The notes beneath the pieces were generated by a model. That model saw only the letters and a list, made by a program, of their open reading frames with translations. It was not told where the DNA came from and made no database searches. The translations under genes and the position numbers were made by a program. Below, piece after piece: positions 25,448 to 36,215 of a DNA stretch of 64,000 nt. Numbering within the stretch: the first letter of the stretch is position 1; every line of letters begins with the position of its first letter. Source of the stretch: an uncultured Actinomycetes bacterium (GTDB lineage: Bacteria > Actinomycetota > Thermoleophilia > Solirubrobacterales > 70-9); contig CAWISJ010000004.1 in NCBI GenBank assembly GCA_963838745.1, forward strand, positions 56,571-120,570, in the 5' to 3' direction.

Positions 25448-25879
25448 TCAGCGGTGGGCGTGCCAGACGACGTGGCCGGTGTCGCACTCGGGTTGCCCGG
25501 CGACGTTGCCTCGCAGGCGAAAGGTGCCATGAGCCCTGCGACCGCTCCTCGAGAACCGGCCGCGGACCGCGGCCCTGGATTTGCCCGCGCCGCTCTGGGC
25601 GAACCCAACCCCACGGAACTTGCGCTTGTCGTTGGCCGGCATCGCGAAGGTGAAGTGGGCGTTGGAGGTGGTGTGGTGGGGGTCACGGCAGGGAACAGGC
25701 AGGTTCGCCCACGCCCAGCCCTGGCGCACCTTGACCACCTCTCCATGCCTGAACTTGGCCTGGAAGCTGACGGTCCCGCCCCCCTGGAATCTGCCGCTGA
25801 AGCTGCGCGTGTTGGCCAAGGCGGCCGTCGCGAGCGCCAGCGCGATCACCACGCCGGCGCAGATCAGCATTCGCTTCAC
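25448..25879 (-). CDS. Small secreted/anchored hypothetical protein, paralog A
   Basis: GTG start with SD AGAGGAG. N-terminal hydrophobic segment VKRMLICAGVVIALALATAALA. Two Cys. Aligns with the ORF at 26025-26459. Confidence 0.6.
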   Translation of the reverse strand: MKRMLICAGVVIALALATAALANTRSFSGRFQGGGTVSFQAKFRHGEVVKVRQGWAWANLPVPCRDPHHTTSNAHFTFAMPANDKRKFRGVGFAQSGAGKSRAAVRGRFSRSGRRAHGTFRLRGNVAGQPECDTGHVVWHAHR

Positions 25880-26024
25880 GAGTCTCCTCTCCGTGCCCTC
25901 CCGCAAGCCCCCCCTTGCCCTTCCGTACCAGCGTAGCTCCGGTCCCCCGGCCGGTCAAGGTTCGGCGGCGGGCGCGAAGCCCGGCTTCAGGTCCAGCTCG
26001 GTGGCCGCTTGGAGGCGGCGGCCG

Positions 26025-26459
26025 TCAGCCGCCCCGTTGCGCGCTCCAGTGGTCCTTGCCCGTGTTGCAGTTGGTAGCGCCTCCTCCGAAGTCGCCCGTA
26101 ACGCGCAGGATGCCCGCGGCCTTCCGGTCGTGACGCTTGAGCTTGCCCTTGATGTAGAGATGCTTGAGGCCACCGCCGGATGTGAATCTGCCGTGGAACC
26201 TGTGGCGGTCGTTGACCCTCATCGGCGGCGGCGGGGTGCCGGCGTCGCCCACAGTCGAGGCGCCGTCGTCGCACTGCATCGGCACATGGTTGAAGACGAA
26301 GCGCTTGACGTTGATCGTCTCCCCGTGCCGGACCTTGGTCACGAACCTGAGGGTGCCACCCTCCTGGACGCTGCCCTCGTAGTGGCGAAGGTTGGCGACG
26401 ATGGTGGCCGGAAACACCAGTGCGACGACCAGGCCCGTGCCGATGAGTGCTCGCTTCAC
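26025..26459 (-). CDS. Small secreted/anchored hypothetical protein, paralog B
   Basis: GTG start with SD AAAGGAGGA. N-terminal segment MKRALIGTGLVVALVFPATIVA. Shares GGT..F..K.RHGE, P..C, ND..F.G and C.TG..W.A.R with paralog A. Confidence 0.6.
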   Translation of the reverse strand: MKRALIGTGLVVALVFPATIVANLRHYEGSVQEGGTLRFVTKVRHGETINVKRFVFNHVPMQCDDGASTVGDAGTPPPPMRVNDRHRFHGRFTSGGGLKHLYIKGKLKRHDRKAAGILRVTGDFGGGATNCNTGKDHWSAQRGG

Positions 26460-26713
26460 GCGTCCTCCTTTGCCCCGGCCCGAGCCTCCCCCGAACCTCG
26501 TGCGCGCACCCTATTGGGAGCAGGCTCGCCGTGTCAACGCCCGCCGCGAGCTGGCTGGGTTCGCGATCCGGCGACCGCCGAATTTGCAAGCCCGCCCGCG
26601 CCTTGCAGGGACCGGCGTTCCCACCTAGTAACAACCAGGGTCGAAGCCGACGGCGCCCGTGTCGTAATCTGCGTGGGTGACGGTCCGGCGCAGTCGTTGA
26701 AGGGAGAACAACG

Positions 26714-28000
<1,287 letters not shown>

Positions 28001-28001
28001 A

Positions 28002-28082
28002 CTAGCCCGGGCGCTCGCCGGGGCGGTCCCAGGTGAGCATCCAGATCAACATCACGAGTCCGAGAGCGATGAGCGCGACCAT
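28002..28082 (-). CDS. Candidate 26-aa transmembrane micro-ORF
   Basis: MVALIALGLVMLIWMLTWDRPGERPG. SD AAGGGAGGGG lies 5-7 nt upstream. 23 of 25 codons are GC3. Below the ORF-track cut-off. Confidence 0.3.
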   Translation of the reverse strand: MVALIALGLVMLIWMLTWDRPGERPG

Positions 28083-28227
28083 TGCCGCCCCTCCCTTAGT
28101 GGCTTCGTCGCCTCCTTTATCGGCCTTCGCCAGCTATTCCTGAACGACGAGCTCGCACCTAATCGAGCCGCTCGATGCCCACGGGGCGAGCCGGCAGAGG
28201 GAGGCCGCGCATCTAAACTCGCCCGCG

Positions 28228-30846
28228 ATGGAAGCCGCGCAGCGAACGCGCCTGGAGCAGACGACCCGCTACGAACCGTCGGAGGTCGAGGGGCGGATCC
28301 TCGAGCGCTGGCTGGAGGGCGGCTACTTCCATCCGCCGGCTGAGGGAACACCGGCGGAGAACTTCTCGATCGCGATCCCGCCGCCGAACGTCACCGGCGC
28401 CCTCCACATGGGGCACGCGCTGAACGGCACGGTCCAGGACGTCCTGACGCGGATCAACCGGATGCGAGGCCGCAACTCGCTCTGGGCGCTGGGAACCGAT
28501 CATGCCGGGATCGCGACCCAGGCGGTGGTCGAGAGGGAGCTGCGCGAAGAGGGCACCTCGCGCCACGAAATCGGTCGTCAGGCATTCGTCGACCGGGTGT
28601 GGGAGTGGCGAGAGCGGTATGGCTCGACGATCATCGAGCAGCTCAAGCGGCTCGGCGCCTCGTGCGACTACGAGCGTGAGCGCTTCACCCTCGACGAGGG
28701 CTACGTGCGCGCGGTCTACCGGGTCTTCGTGCGCCTCTACGACAAGGGCTACATCTACCGCGACAACTACATCGTCAATTGGGACGTCGGCTCGCGCTCG
28801 GCGATCTCCGATCTCGAGGTCGAGAATCGACAGGTCGAGGACGCGCTGTACTCGATCGACTATCCGGTTGAGGGATCTGACCGGGTGCTTACGGTGGCGA
28901 CTGTCCGCCCCGAGACGATGCTCGCCGACACCGCCGTCGCCGTCCACCCCTCCGATCGGCGATACGAGGACCTCGTCGGCAGGCATTGCGTCCTTCCCCT
29001 GGTCGGGCGCCGGCTGCCGGTGATCGCCGACGAGCATGTCGACCCCCAGTTCGGGACCGGGGTGTTGAAGGTGACTCCCGGCCACGACCCGAGCGACTTC
29101 GAGATCGGCCGCGCCCACGGGCTCGACGAGGTGACGGTGATCGGCGAGGACGGACTGATGACCGCCGCGGCGGGCGAGAGGTTCGCGGGCCTGACGACCG
29201 AGGAGGCGAAGGAGGCGGTGCTGACGGCGCTGCGCGAGCAGGGGCTCGTTCGAGGGGAGGAGCCGTACGTCCACTCGGTCCCGTTCTCGCATCGCACCGG
29301 GGAGAGGATCGAGCCGCTTATCTCGCTGCAGTGGTTCTGCCGCATGGACGAGCTGGCCAAGCCCGCGATCGAAGTGGTCGAGCGCGACCGCGTGCGGATC
29401 GTCCCCGAGCAGCACAAGCGGGTGTACCTGGACTGGATGCAGAACATCAGGCCCTGGTGCATCTCGCGCCAGCTCTGGTGGGGGCACCGGCTACCGGTCT
29501 GGTACTGCGACGCCTGCGAGGAAACCTACGTCGCCGAGGTGCCGCCGGACCGCTGCGGGGCCTGCGGGGGCGCGCTGCGCCAGGACGAGGATGTGCTCGA
29601 CACCTGGTTCAGCTCGGCCCTGTGGCCGTTTGGGGTGCTCGGCTGGCCCGAGCAGACGCCGGAGTTGCGGGCGTTCTACCCGACCGACGTGCTGGTCACG
29701 GCCCGGGACATCATCTTCCTCTGGGTCGCCAGGATGGTGATGATGGGCTTGGAGTTCGCCGGCGACGTGCCCTTCGACGACGTCTACATCACGCCGGTGA
29801 TCCAGGCGCCCGACGGGAGGCGGATGTCGAAGAGCCTCGGCACGGGCATCGACCCGCTCGACGAGATCGCCGCGCACGGCACCGACGCGGTCCGGTTCGG
29901 CCTGCTGGCGATGTCATCGGGGCAGGACGTGCGCTATTCGGCCGATCGGATCCAACAGGGTCAGGATCTGGCGAACAAGCTCTGGAACGCCTCGCGACTG
30001 ATCCTCTTGAACAGCGCCGCCGCGCAGGGCCAAGCTCCGGCGCGGGTTGGTGGCGGGCAGGAGTTGACCTCAGCCTCACGGGTCGAGGACCGGTGGATCG
30101 CCTCCCGGCTTCAGCGGGCGATCCAGGCCGTGACCACCGACCTCGACTCCTACGACTTTTCCCATGCGGCGCTCGAGCTGTACCGCTTCTTCTGGTCCGA
30201 GCTCTGCGACTGGTACCTGGAGATCGTCAAGCCCCGCCTCTATGACGGCGAGGCGGATGCCGCCGCGACCCTGCTCTGGGTCCTCGAGCAGACGCTCGCC
30301 CTGGCCCACCCGATGACACCGTTCGTCACCGAGGAGATCTACTCCTACCTGCGTGCGGCGGCCGGTCGTGACGGGTCGGAGATGCTGGTCGTGCACCCGT
30401 TCCCCGAAGCGGACGAGTCGCTGGTCGATGAGGAAGCCGAGCGCGACGTCGGTGCGTCGATCGAGCTGACGCGCAGCGTGCGCCGCTGGCGCGATCTGGT
30501 CGGGGTGGCGGCCGGGAGCGTGCTCCCGGCACGTGTCACCAGCGAGGACGGCGAGCCACCGCACGAGCTGGTCGGCCGTCTGGCGCGGCTTTCCTTCGAC
30601 GGCGCCGAGGGCGAGGCCCTGGCGACCTTCGGCCGCGTCGAGATCCTGTCATCGGACGAGGTGGACGCAGAGCAGGTCCGGCGGCGGGTCACCGAGCGGC
30701 GCCAGAGGTTGCGCTCCGAGATCGAGCGCGCCGAGGGCAGGCTCGGGAACGACGGCTTTGTCCGCAACGCTCCCCAGGACGTGGTGGAGGGGGAGCGCGA
30801 GAAGCTCACCGCCCACCGAGCCGAGCTCGAGGAGCTCGAAGGCTGA
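28228..30846 (+). CDS. valS: Valine--tRNA ligase
   Basis: 872 aa with PPNVTGALHMGH, KMSKSLGT and a C-terminal coiled coil. Confidence 0.95.
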   Translation: MEAAQRTRLEQTTRYEPSEVEGRILERWLEGGYFHPPAEGTPAENFSIAIPPPNVTGALHMGHALNGTVQDVLTRINRMRGRNSLWALGTDHAGIATQAVVERELREEGTSRHEIGRQAFVDRVWEWRERYGSTIIEQLKRLGASCDYERERFTLDEGYVRAVYRVFVRLYDKGYIYRDNYIVNWDVGSRSAISDLEVENRQVEDALYSIDYPVEGSDRVLTVATVRPETMLADTAVAVHPSDRRYEDLVGRHCVLPLVGRRLPVIADEHVDPQFGTGVLKVTPGHDPSDFEIGRAHGLDEVTVIGEDGLMTAAAGERFAGLTTEEAKEAVLTALREQGLVRGEEPYVHSVPFSHRTGERIEPLISLQWFCRMDELAKPAIEVVERDRVRIVPEQHKRVYLDWMQNIRPWCISRQLWWGHRLPVWYCDACEETYVAEVPPDRCGACGGALRQDEDVLDTWFSSALWPFGVLGWPEQTPELRAFYPTDVLVTARDIIFLWVARMVMMGLEFAGDVPFDDVYITPVIQAPDGRRMSKSLGTGIDPLDEIAAHGTDAVRFGLLAMSSGQDVRYSADRIQQGQDLANKLWNASRLILLNSAAAQGQAPARVGGGQELTSASRVEDRWIASRLQRAIQAVTTDLDSYDFSHAALELYRFFWSELCDWYLEIVKPRLYDGEADAAATLLWVLEQTLALAHPMTPFVTEEIYSYLRAAAGRDGSEMLVVHPFPEADESLVDEEAERDVGASIELTRSVRRWRDLVGVAAGSVLPARVTSEDGEPPHELVGRLARLSFDGAEGEALATFGRVEILSSDEVDAEQVRRRVTERRQRLRSEIERAEGRLGNDGFVRNAPQDVVEGEREKLTAHRAELEELEG

Positions 30847-32129
30847 GCTTCGACGCCGAGGCCTACCTTGGCTCGCTCGAGCCGCTCGGTTGGCGCTTCG
30901 GGCTGGACCGGATCCGGCGGTTGGTCTCGGTGCTCGGGATGCCGCAGCATCGCTTCGCCTCGATTCACGTCGTCGGCACCAACGGCAAGTCGTCGGTTGC
31001 CGAGATGACGGGGGCGCTGCTCGAGGCGCATCACAAGCGCACGGGCGTCTACCTCTCTCCGCATACGGCTCGGTGGTCCGAACGGGTTCGAATCGACGGC
31101 GCGGAGATCGACTCGGGACAGTTCGCGGCGGCGGCGGAGCGCGTCGCCCACTCCGTGGGGGTCGTCAACCGCACACTGGCTGAGGACGAGTCGGTGACCC
31201 AGTTCGAGGCGGCGACAGCGATTGCCTTCGTCGCCCTCGCCGCCGCAGGGGTGGAGTTCGGGGTGATCGAGGCCGGGCTCGGCGGCAGGTTGGACGCGAC
31301 CAACGTCCTGCCCTCGCGAGTGACGGCCCTGACCTCCGTGGGCCTCGAGCACACGGAGTGGCTGGGCCAGACCGAGGAGGAGATCGCCGCCGAGAAGCTC
31401 GCGGTCCTGCGCGACCACTCGACCCTTGTTCTGGGCCGGGTTGGCGAGCCGGTTCGGGCGCTCGCGGAGCGGACGGCCGCACAGCGCAGCGCCCGCCTGA
31501 TCGTGGCGGGCGACCCCGAGTCGGGATTGCGGCTCGCCGCGCCGGGTGCCTACCAGCGGCGCAACTTCGCCGTCGCGATCGCCGCCGCCGAGGCGGCCTT
31601 GGGGCCACTCGATCCGGGCCGGGTGCGGGCTGTCGGCGAGGGCCTCGAGCTGCCAGGGCGCATGCAGCTGTTGAGCGGCGCCCCGCCGCTGATCCTCGAC
31701 GCCGCCCACAATCCCGACGGCGCCCGCGCGCTGGCCGAGGCGCTGCCCGAGGCAACCGGCGGGGCGCCCGTGGTGGCCTGTCTGGCGATGCTCGCGGACA
31801 AGGACGCCGCCGGCCTGCTGGGGGCGCTCGCTCCCCGGCTCGAGGTGGCGATCTGCACCGAGCTGCCGCCCGAACGGCTGGCGCGAGCCGGTCGCCCCGG
31901 CGCCCGGTCGCTGGAGGCGTGGCGACTTGCGCAGCTCGCCGAGGCCGCGGGTCTGTCGCGCACGGAGGTGATCCGCCGGCCGGAGGCGGCGCTGCAGCGG
32001 GCGATGGCGGCGGCGGCCGAGCGAGGCGGCGTGGTCCTCGTCACCGGTTCGCACTACCTTCTCGGCTACGCTGCAAGCGCGAGGTTCGAGCAAGACAGCC
32101 ACGCCTCGTCGCAGCGTGAGGTGAAATGA
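30843..32129 (+). CDS. folC: Folylpolyglutamate synthase / dihydrofolate synthase
   Basis: HVVGTNGKSS and related motifs. The conserved N-terminus SFDAEAYLGSLEPLGWRFGLDRIRRL lies upstream of the first ATG/GTG/TTG (30921). The best start is CTG 30843, overlapping the valS stop. Confidence 0.85.
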   Translation: MSFDAEAYLGSLEPLGWRFGLDRIRRLVSVLGMPQHRFASIHVVGTNGKSSVAEMTGALLEAHHKRTGVYLSPHTARWSERVRIDGAEIDSGQFAAAAERVAHSVGVVNRTLAEDESVTQFEAATAIAFVALAAAGVEFGVIEAGLGGRLDATNVLPSRVTALTSVGLEHTEWLGQTEEEIAAEKLAVLRDHSTLVLGRVGEPVRALAERTAAQRSARLIVAGDPESGLRLAAPGAYQRRNFAVAIAAAEAALGPLDPGRVRAVGEGLELPGRMQLLSGAPPLILDAAHNPDGARALAEALPEATGGAPVVACLAMLADKDAAGLLGALAPRLEVAICTELPPERLARAGRPGARSLEAWRLAQLAEAAGLSRTEVIRRPEAALQRAMAAAAERGGVVLVTGSHYLLGYAASARFEQDSHASSQREVK

Positions 32130-32130
32130 G

Positions 32131-32250
32131 ATGGACCGGGAGGCGCGCTCAGAGCTCCTCCAGATGATGGGTTTGGTCGCCGCCGTGGTGGCGATCGTGA
32201 TCCTGGTCTTCTTCGGGCTGGGCTACCTGTTCGGAAGGCTCTTCCTCTAG
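32131..32250 (+). CDS. 39-aa single-TM small protein
   Basis: MDREARSELLQMMGLVAAVVAIVILVFFGLGYLFGRLFL. SD GAGGTGA lies 6 nt upstream. Starts 1 nt after the folC stop. Confidence 0.5.
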   Translation: MDREARSELLQMMGLVAAVVAIVILVFFGLGYLFGRLFL

Positions 32251-32336
32251 CCGAGGTGTAGGCGCCACCGGCAACCAGGGTTTGCCCAACGGGCAACGAA
32301 GTACACTCAGCACCTCCTGCTCATGGGCCCAAAGCC

Positions 32337-33068
32337 ATGCTCGTAGCGCTGTTCGGCATCACGAACGAGGGCGTGAACCTGTTCGTGAACCTCGTGCTGC
32401 TCTTCCTCGTGGTCGTGTGGATCGCACTGGTCGCCTGGACGTACCTGGACGCCCGGCGCCGGATCCGGGACCCGGTCCTGGTCGCCTGCGCCACCGGCGC
32501 GTCGCTGTTTCCCTACGTCGGCACGATCGTCTACTCGATCCTTCGCCCGCCCGAGTTCCTCGACGACGCCCAGGAACGCGAGCTGGAGATTCGCGCCGCG
32601 CAACTCCGGGTCAGGCAGCTGGAGGAGCAGTCGTGTCCCAACTGCGCCCATCCGATCGAGCGAACCTACCTCCGCTGTCCGAATTGCCGGGCTCGGGTGA
32701 AGGACCCGTGCGAGTCGTGCCAGAAGCCGATCGACCCGCGCTGGACGATCTGCCCGTACTGCGAGACCCCCCAGCAGCGTGCAGCGCCACAACCACGGCG
32801 GGTCACGGAGCCGGCGCGGGGCACATCCAGCGGGGGGGTGTCCGAGAAGCGGGGCAGACGGTCCAAGCGCGCGGCTCGGCCCGAGCCTAGCCGTCAGCCC
32901 ACCACCCAGACTCGCTCCGGCCAGTCGCGGCAGGCGCGGGCGGGAGCCTCCCGTCAGAGCTCGGCGACGAGCAAGCGCAAGCCGGCGTCGGGGCGCTCGG
33001 CATCGGGTGCCCAACCGACCCGCGAGGCGCCGGGCGACGACCGGCCCAGGCCGGCGACCGCCTCCTGA
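32337..33068 (+). CDS. Membrane protein with double zinc-ribbon and a basic disordered tail
   Basis: Two TM segments, then CPNC...CPNC...CESC...CPYC, then an R/S/Q-rich C-terminus. Confidence 0.7.
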   Translation: MLVALFGITNEGVNLFVNLVLLFLVVVWIALVAWTYLDARRRIRDPVLVACATGASLFPYVGTIVYSILRPPEFLDDAQERELEIRAAQLRVRQLEEQSCPNCAHPIERTYLRCPNCRARVKDPCESCQKPIDPRWTICPYCETPQQRAAPQPRRVTEPARGTSSGGVSEKRGRRSKRAARPEPSRQPTTQTRSGQSRQARAGASRQSSATSKRKPASGRSASGAQPTREAPGDDRPRPATAS

Positions 33069-33094
33069 GCGAGGCTATGTAGCCTTTCCGCCTC

Positions 33095-33517
33095 GTGGCT
33101 GAGGCATCGAGAACCCTCGTCCTGGTCAAGCCCGACGCCTTCGAGCGCGGCCTGACCGGCGAGGTGCTGGCGCGCTTCGAGCGCAAGGGCCTTCGTATCC
33201 TCGCCCTGCGGCACTCGCGAATCGATGAGGAGTTCGCCGGCCGCCACTATGCGGAGCACACCGAGAAGCCGTTCTTCGGCGAGCTGGTCGAGTTCATCAC
33301 CGGGGGCCCGCTGGTCGCCGCGGTGCTCGAGGGGCACGAGGCGGTTGCCGCTGCCCGACAGGTGATCGGGGCGACCAACCCGCTGGAGGCGGTGGGGGGC
33401 TCGATCCGCGGCGACCTGGCGCTCGAGGTCACGTTCAACCTCGTGCACGGCTCCGACTCCGACGAGTCGGCGGAACGCGAGATCGCGCTGTGGTTCCCCG
33501 ACTTGCCCCTCACCTGA
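33095..33517 (+). CDS. ndk: Nucleoside diphosphate kinase
   Basis: TLVLVKPDA...NLVHGSDS. Confidence 0.95.
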   Translation: MAEASRTLVLVKPDAFERGLTGEVLARFERKGLRILALRHSRIDEEFAGRHYAEHTEKPFFGELVEFITGGPLVAAVLEGHEAVAAARQVIGATNPLEAVGGSIRGDLALEVTFNLVHGSDSDESAEREIALWFPDLPLT

Positions 33518-34119
33518 TCCTGGCCTCCGCGTCTCCCCGCAGACGCGAGATTCTCAGCAGTTTGGGAATCCCGTTCAAGGTCGTCGTGCCGGACGTGGAA
33601 GAGGTGGAAGAGGGGGATCCCGAGGAGGTGGTGGTAGAGAACGCCCGGCGGAAGGCTCTGGCGGGCTTCGCGTCGGCGGGCGGACGTGCGACGACGCTGG
33701 GCGTCGACACGGAGGTCGTGCTCGACGGGCGCACCCTCGGCAAGGCGGCCGACCTTGCGGCCGCGCGCCAACGTCTGGAGGCGCTGTCGGGGCGGACGCA
33801 CACGGTGCTCAGCGGCGTCGTGGTACTGGACCCCGAGCGCGGCGGACCCGGGGAGCGGTCAGCCCTCGCCCGCTCGGAGGTGACGTTCCGGGATCTCGAC
33901 CAGGCGACCATCGGGGCATATCTCGCCTCCGGTGAGTGGCGCGACCGGGCGGGCGCCTATGCGATCCAGGGCCTTGGGTCGATCCTGATCGAGCGGGTGG
34001 ACGGGGACTTCTCGAACGTCGTTGGGTTGCCGGTGAGGACGCTGTTGCGGGTGGCCCCGGATCTGTTCGAGGCAGCAGGAGGCTTGTCGCGGGAACCCGG
34101 CCCGGACGCTAACCCTTAG
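33490..34119 (+). CDS. maf: Maf-like nucleoside triphosphate pyrophosphatase
   Basis: [14 protein letters not shown]...GAYAIQG. Confidence 0.85.
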   Translation: MVPRLAPHLILASASPRRREILSSLGIPFKVVVPDVEEVEEGDPEEVVVENARRKALAGFASAGGRATTLGVDTEVVLDGRTLGKAADLAAARQRLEALSGRTHTVLSGVVVLDPERGGPGERSALARSEVTFRDLDQATIGAYLASGEWRDRAGAYAIQGLGSILIERVDGDFSNVVGLPVRTLLRVAPDLFEAAGGLSREPGPDANP

Positions 34120-34220
34120 GTCGACCTTGAGATTCAAATTCCGGCCTCATCCTGCAATTGAGGCTGTCCACGGGTCCGCTACACTCGCGCGCGGTACGGC
34201 CACACTGTGATGGCCGGCTC

Positions 34221-34270
34221 TTGCACCACCCCGCACGGCTCCGCACCACTCCGCACCACTCCTCCACGAT
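34221..34270 (+). repeat. About 5 tandem degenerate decamers (CCGCACCACT) in the mreB leader
   Basis: ttgcaccacc|ccgcacggct|ccgcaccact|ccgcaccact|cctccacgat. The two central copies are identical. Confidence 0.7.
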
Positions 34271-34280
34271 TCCCCGACTG

Positions 34281-35333
34281 ATGGGCCTGTTCAGCAACCT
34301 CAGCGGATTCGGCGGCCGCGACATGGCCGTCGACCTCGGCACGGCGAACACGCTCGTCTACGTGCGGGGGCGCGGCATCGTGCTCTCGGAGCCTTCGGTG
34401 GTGGCGGTGGACGCACGCACCGGGGAGGTCCATGCGGTTGGCGTCGAGGCGAAGCGGATGCTCGGCCGCACGCCGGGAACGATTCGAGCCATCCGCCCCC
34501 TCAAGGATGGTGTGATCGCGGATTTCGACGTCACCGAGGAGATGTTGCGCCATTTCATCCAGCGCGTGCACCAGAACCGCTTCGCGCACCCCCGGGTCGT
34601 GGTCTGCGTTCCGTCAGGGGTGACCGGGGTCGAGAAGCGCGCCGTCGAGGAGGCCTGCCTGTCGGCCGGGGCTCGTCAGGCTTACCTGATCGAGGAGCCG
34701 ATGGCGGCGGCGATCGGGGCGGGGCTTCCGGTTGGCGAGCCGACCGGGAGCATGGTCTTGGACGTGGGCGGGGGCACCAGCGAGGTGGCGGTGATCTCGC
34801 TCGGGGGGATCGTGGTGTCCGAGTCGATCCGGATCGGCGGCGACGAGCAGGATGAGGCGATCGGGAACTACTGCAAGCACGAGCACAAGCTCTTGATCGG
34901 CCAGCAGACGGCCGAGGAGGTGAAGCTCGAGATCGGCTCGGCCTCGCCGCTGCCGGAGGAGGTGACAACCGAGATCCGCGGTCGTGACATGGTCACCGGG
35001 CTGCCGAAGACGATCATGCTGACCTCCACGGAGGTCCGCTCGGCCCTGGAGGAGCCCATCAACCAGATCGTGGCGGCGGTCAAGGACACCCTGGACCGGA
35101 CGCCGCCCGAGCTCGCGGGCGACATCATGGATCGCGGCATCACCCTGGCCGGGGGCGGGGCCCTCCTCCAGGGCATGGATCATCGCCTCCGGGAGGAGTG
35201 CCAGATGCCCGCGCAGCTGACCGAGTCGCCGCTCACCTGCGTGGCGGTGGGCTCGGGTCGCTCGCTGGAGGAGTTCGAGGCCATCCACCGGATGAGCCGG
35301 AACTCGCACCGCCGCGGGATCCACTCGGGATAG
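34281..35333 (+). CDS. mreB: Rod-shape determining protein MreB
   Basis: MAVDLGTANTLVYVRGRGIVLSEPSVVA...DVGGGTSEVAV. Confidence 0.95.
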   Translation: MGLFSNLSGFGGRDMAVDLGTANTLVYVRGRGIVLSEPSVVAVDARTGEVHAVGVEAKRMLGRTPGTIRAIRPLKDGVIADFDVTEEMLRHFIQRVHQNRFAHPRVVVCVPSGVTGVEKRAVEEACLSAGARQAYLIEEPMAAAIGAGLPVGEPTGSMVLDVGGGTSEVAVISLGGIVVSESIRIGGDEQDEAIGNYCKHEHKLLIGQQTAEEVKLEIGSASPLPEEVTTEIRGRDMVTGLPKTIMLTSTEVRSALEEPINQIVAAVKDTLDRTPPELAGDIMDRGITLAGGGALLQGMDHRLREECQMPAQLTESPLTCVAVGSGRSLEEFEAIHRMSRNSHRRGIHSG

Positions 35334-35342
35334 GCCGGCCTG

Positions 35343-36215
35343 GTGTACCGAAAGCAGGTCAGAAGGCGCCGCGCGGTCCTGGTGCTCTTGATCTTGGCGG
35401 CGCTGGTCTTGCTGTCCACCCAGTTCTCGGAGCGCGAGAGCGGGCCGCTGCACTCGATGCAGCGGGCCGTCGCATCCGTGTTCGGTCCCATGGAAGAGGG
35501 TGCCACCCGCGCGCTGAAGCCCGCTCGCGACCTGGTCAACTGGTTCGACGAGACCTTCAACGCCAGGGGCGAGAACGACGATCTGCGCAGCGAGCTGCAG
35601 CAGCTCCGCACGCAGCTTGCCCAGACGCAGTCGGCCGAGGGCGAGAACGAGCAGCTCCGCAAGTTGCTCGGCCTAGACCGCCAGGGAATCCTGGCCGGCT
35701 ACACGCCGGTGACTTCGCGGGTGATCGGGCGGTCGCCCACGGTTTGGTACTCCACCGTGACCATCGACAAGGGATCCGGCGCGGGGGTGAAGGTGAACGA
35801 CCCGGTGGTCACCGGTGACGGGCTCGCCGGTCGGATCACGGACGTCACCGGGGGCACGGCGCAGGTGACCCTGATCACCGACAACCGCAGCGCCGTCTCT
35901 GCCCGGGTGCTGCCGGGCGGCCCCAACGGGGTGGCGGAGCCCGAGGTGGGCAACCCAAGCGAGCTCCTGCTCGATTTCATCGACAAGGACCAGCCGATCC
36001 ACCAGGGTCAGATGCTGGTTACGGCCGGATGGAGCAACGGCGCAATCTCCTCCGCCTACCCGCCGGGAATCCCGATCGGCAAGATCAGCGACACCGCCGT
36101 GGGCGAGCAGCAGACCTTCCAACGGGTGCACGTAACTCCGTTCGTCGACATCCAGGGGCTCGACTTCGTCCAAGTGGCCACCGGCGGGCCGAAGCGACCC
36201 GGGGTGCCGAGATGA
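35343..36215 (+). CDS. mreC: Rod-shape determining protein MreC
   Basis: N-terminal TM, coiled coil, and position after mreB. Confidence 0.9.
   Translation: MYRKQVRRRRAVLVLLILAALVLLSTQFSERESGPLHSMQRAVASVFGPMEEGATRALKPARDLVNWFDETFNARGENDDLRSELQQLRTQLAQTQSAEGENEQLRKLLGLDRQGILAGYTPVTSRVIGRSPTVWYSTVTIDKGSGAGVKVNDPVVTGDGLAGRITDVTGGTAQVTLITDNRSAVSARVLPGGPNGVAEPEVGNPSELLLDFIDKDQPIHQGQMLVTAGWSNGAISSAYPPGIPIGKISDTAVGEQQTFQRVHVTPFVDIQGLDFVQVATGGPKRPGVPR

Noticed and set aside
28083-28227. T-box or other riboswitch leader upstream of valS (and 52376-52428 upstream of leuS)
   Set aside because: The regions are too short, and no specifier, T-box or other conserved riboswitch motifs could be recognised by eye.
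30345-32102. 585-aa minus-strand ORF
   Set aside because: Antisense shadow of valS and folC.
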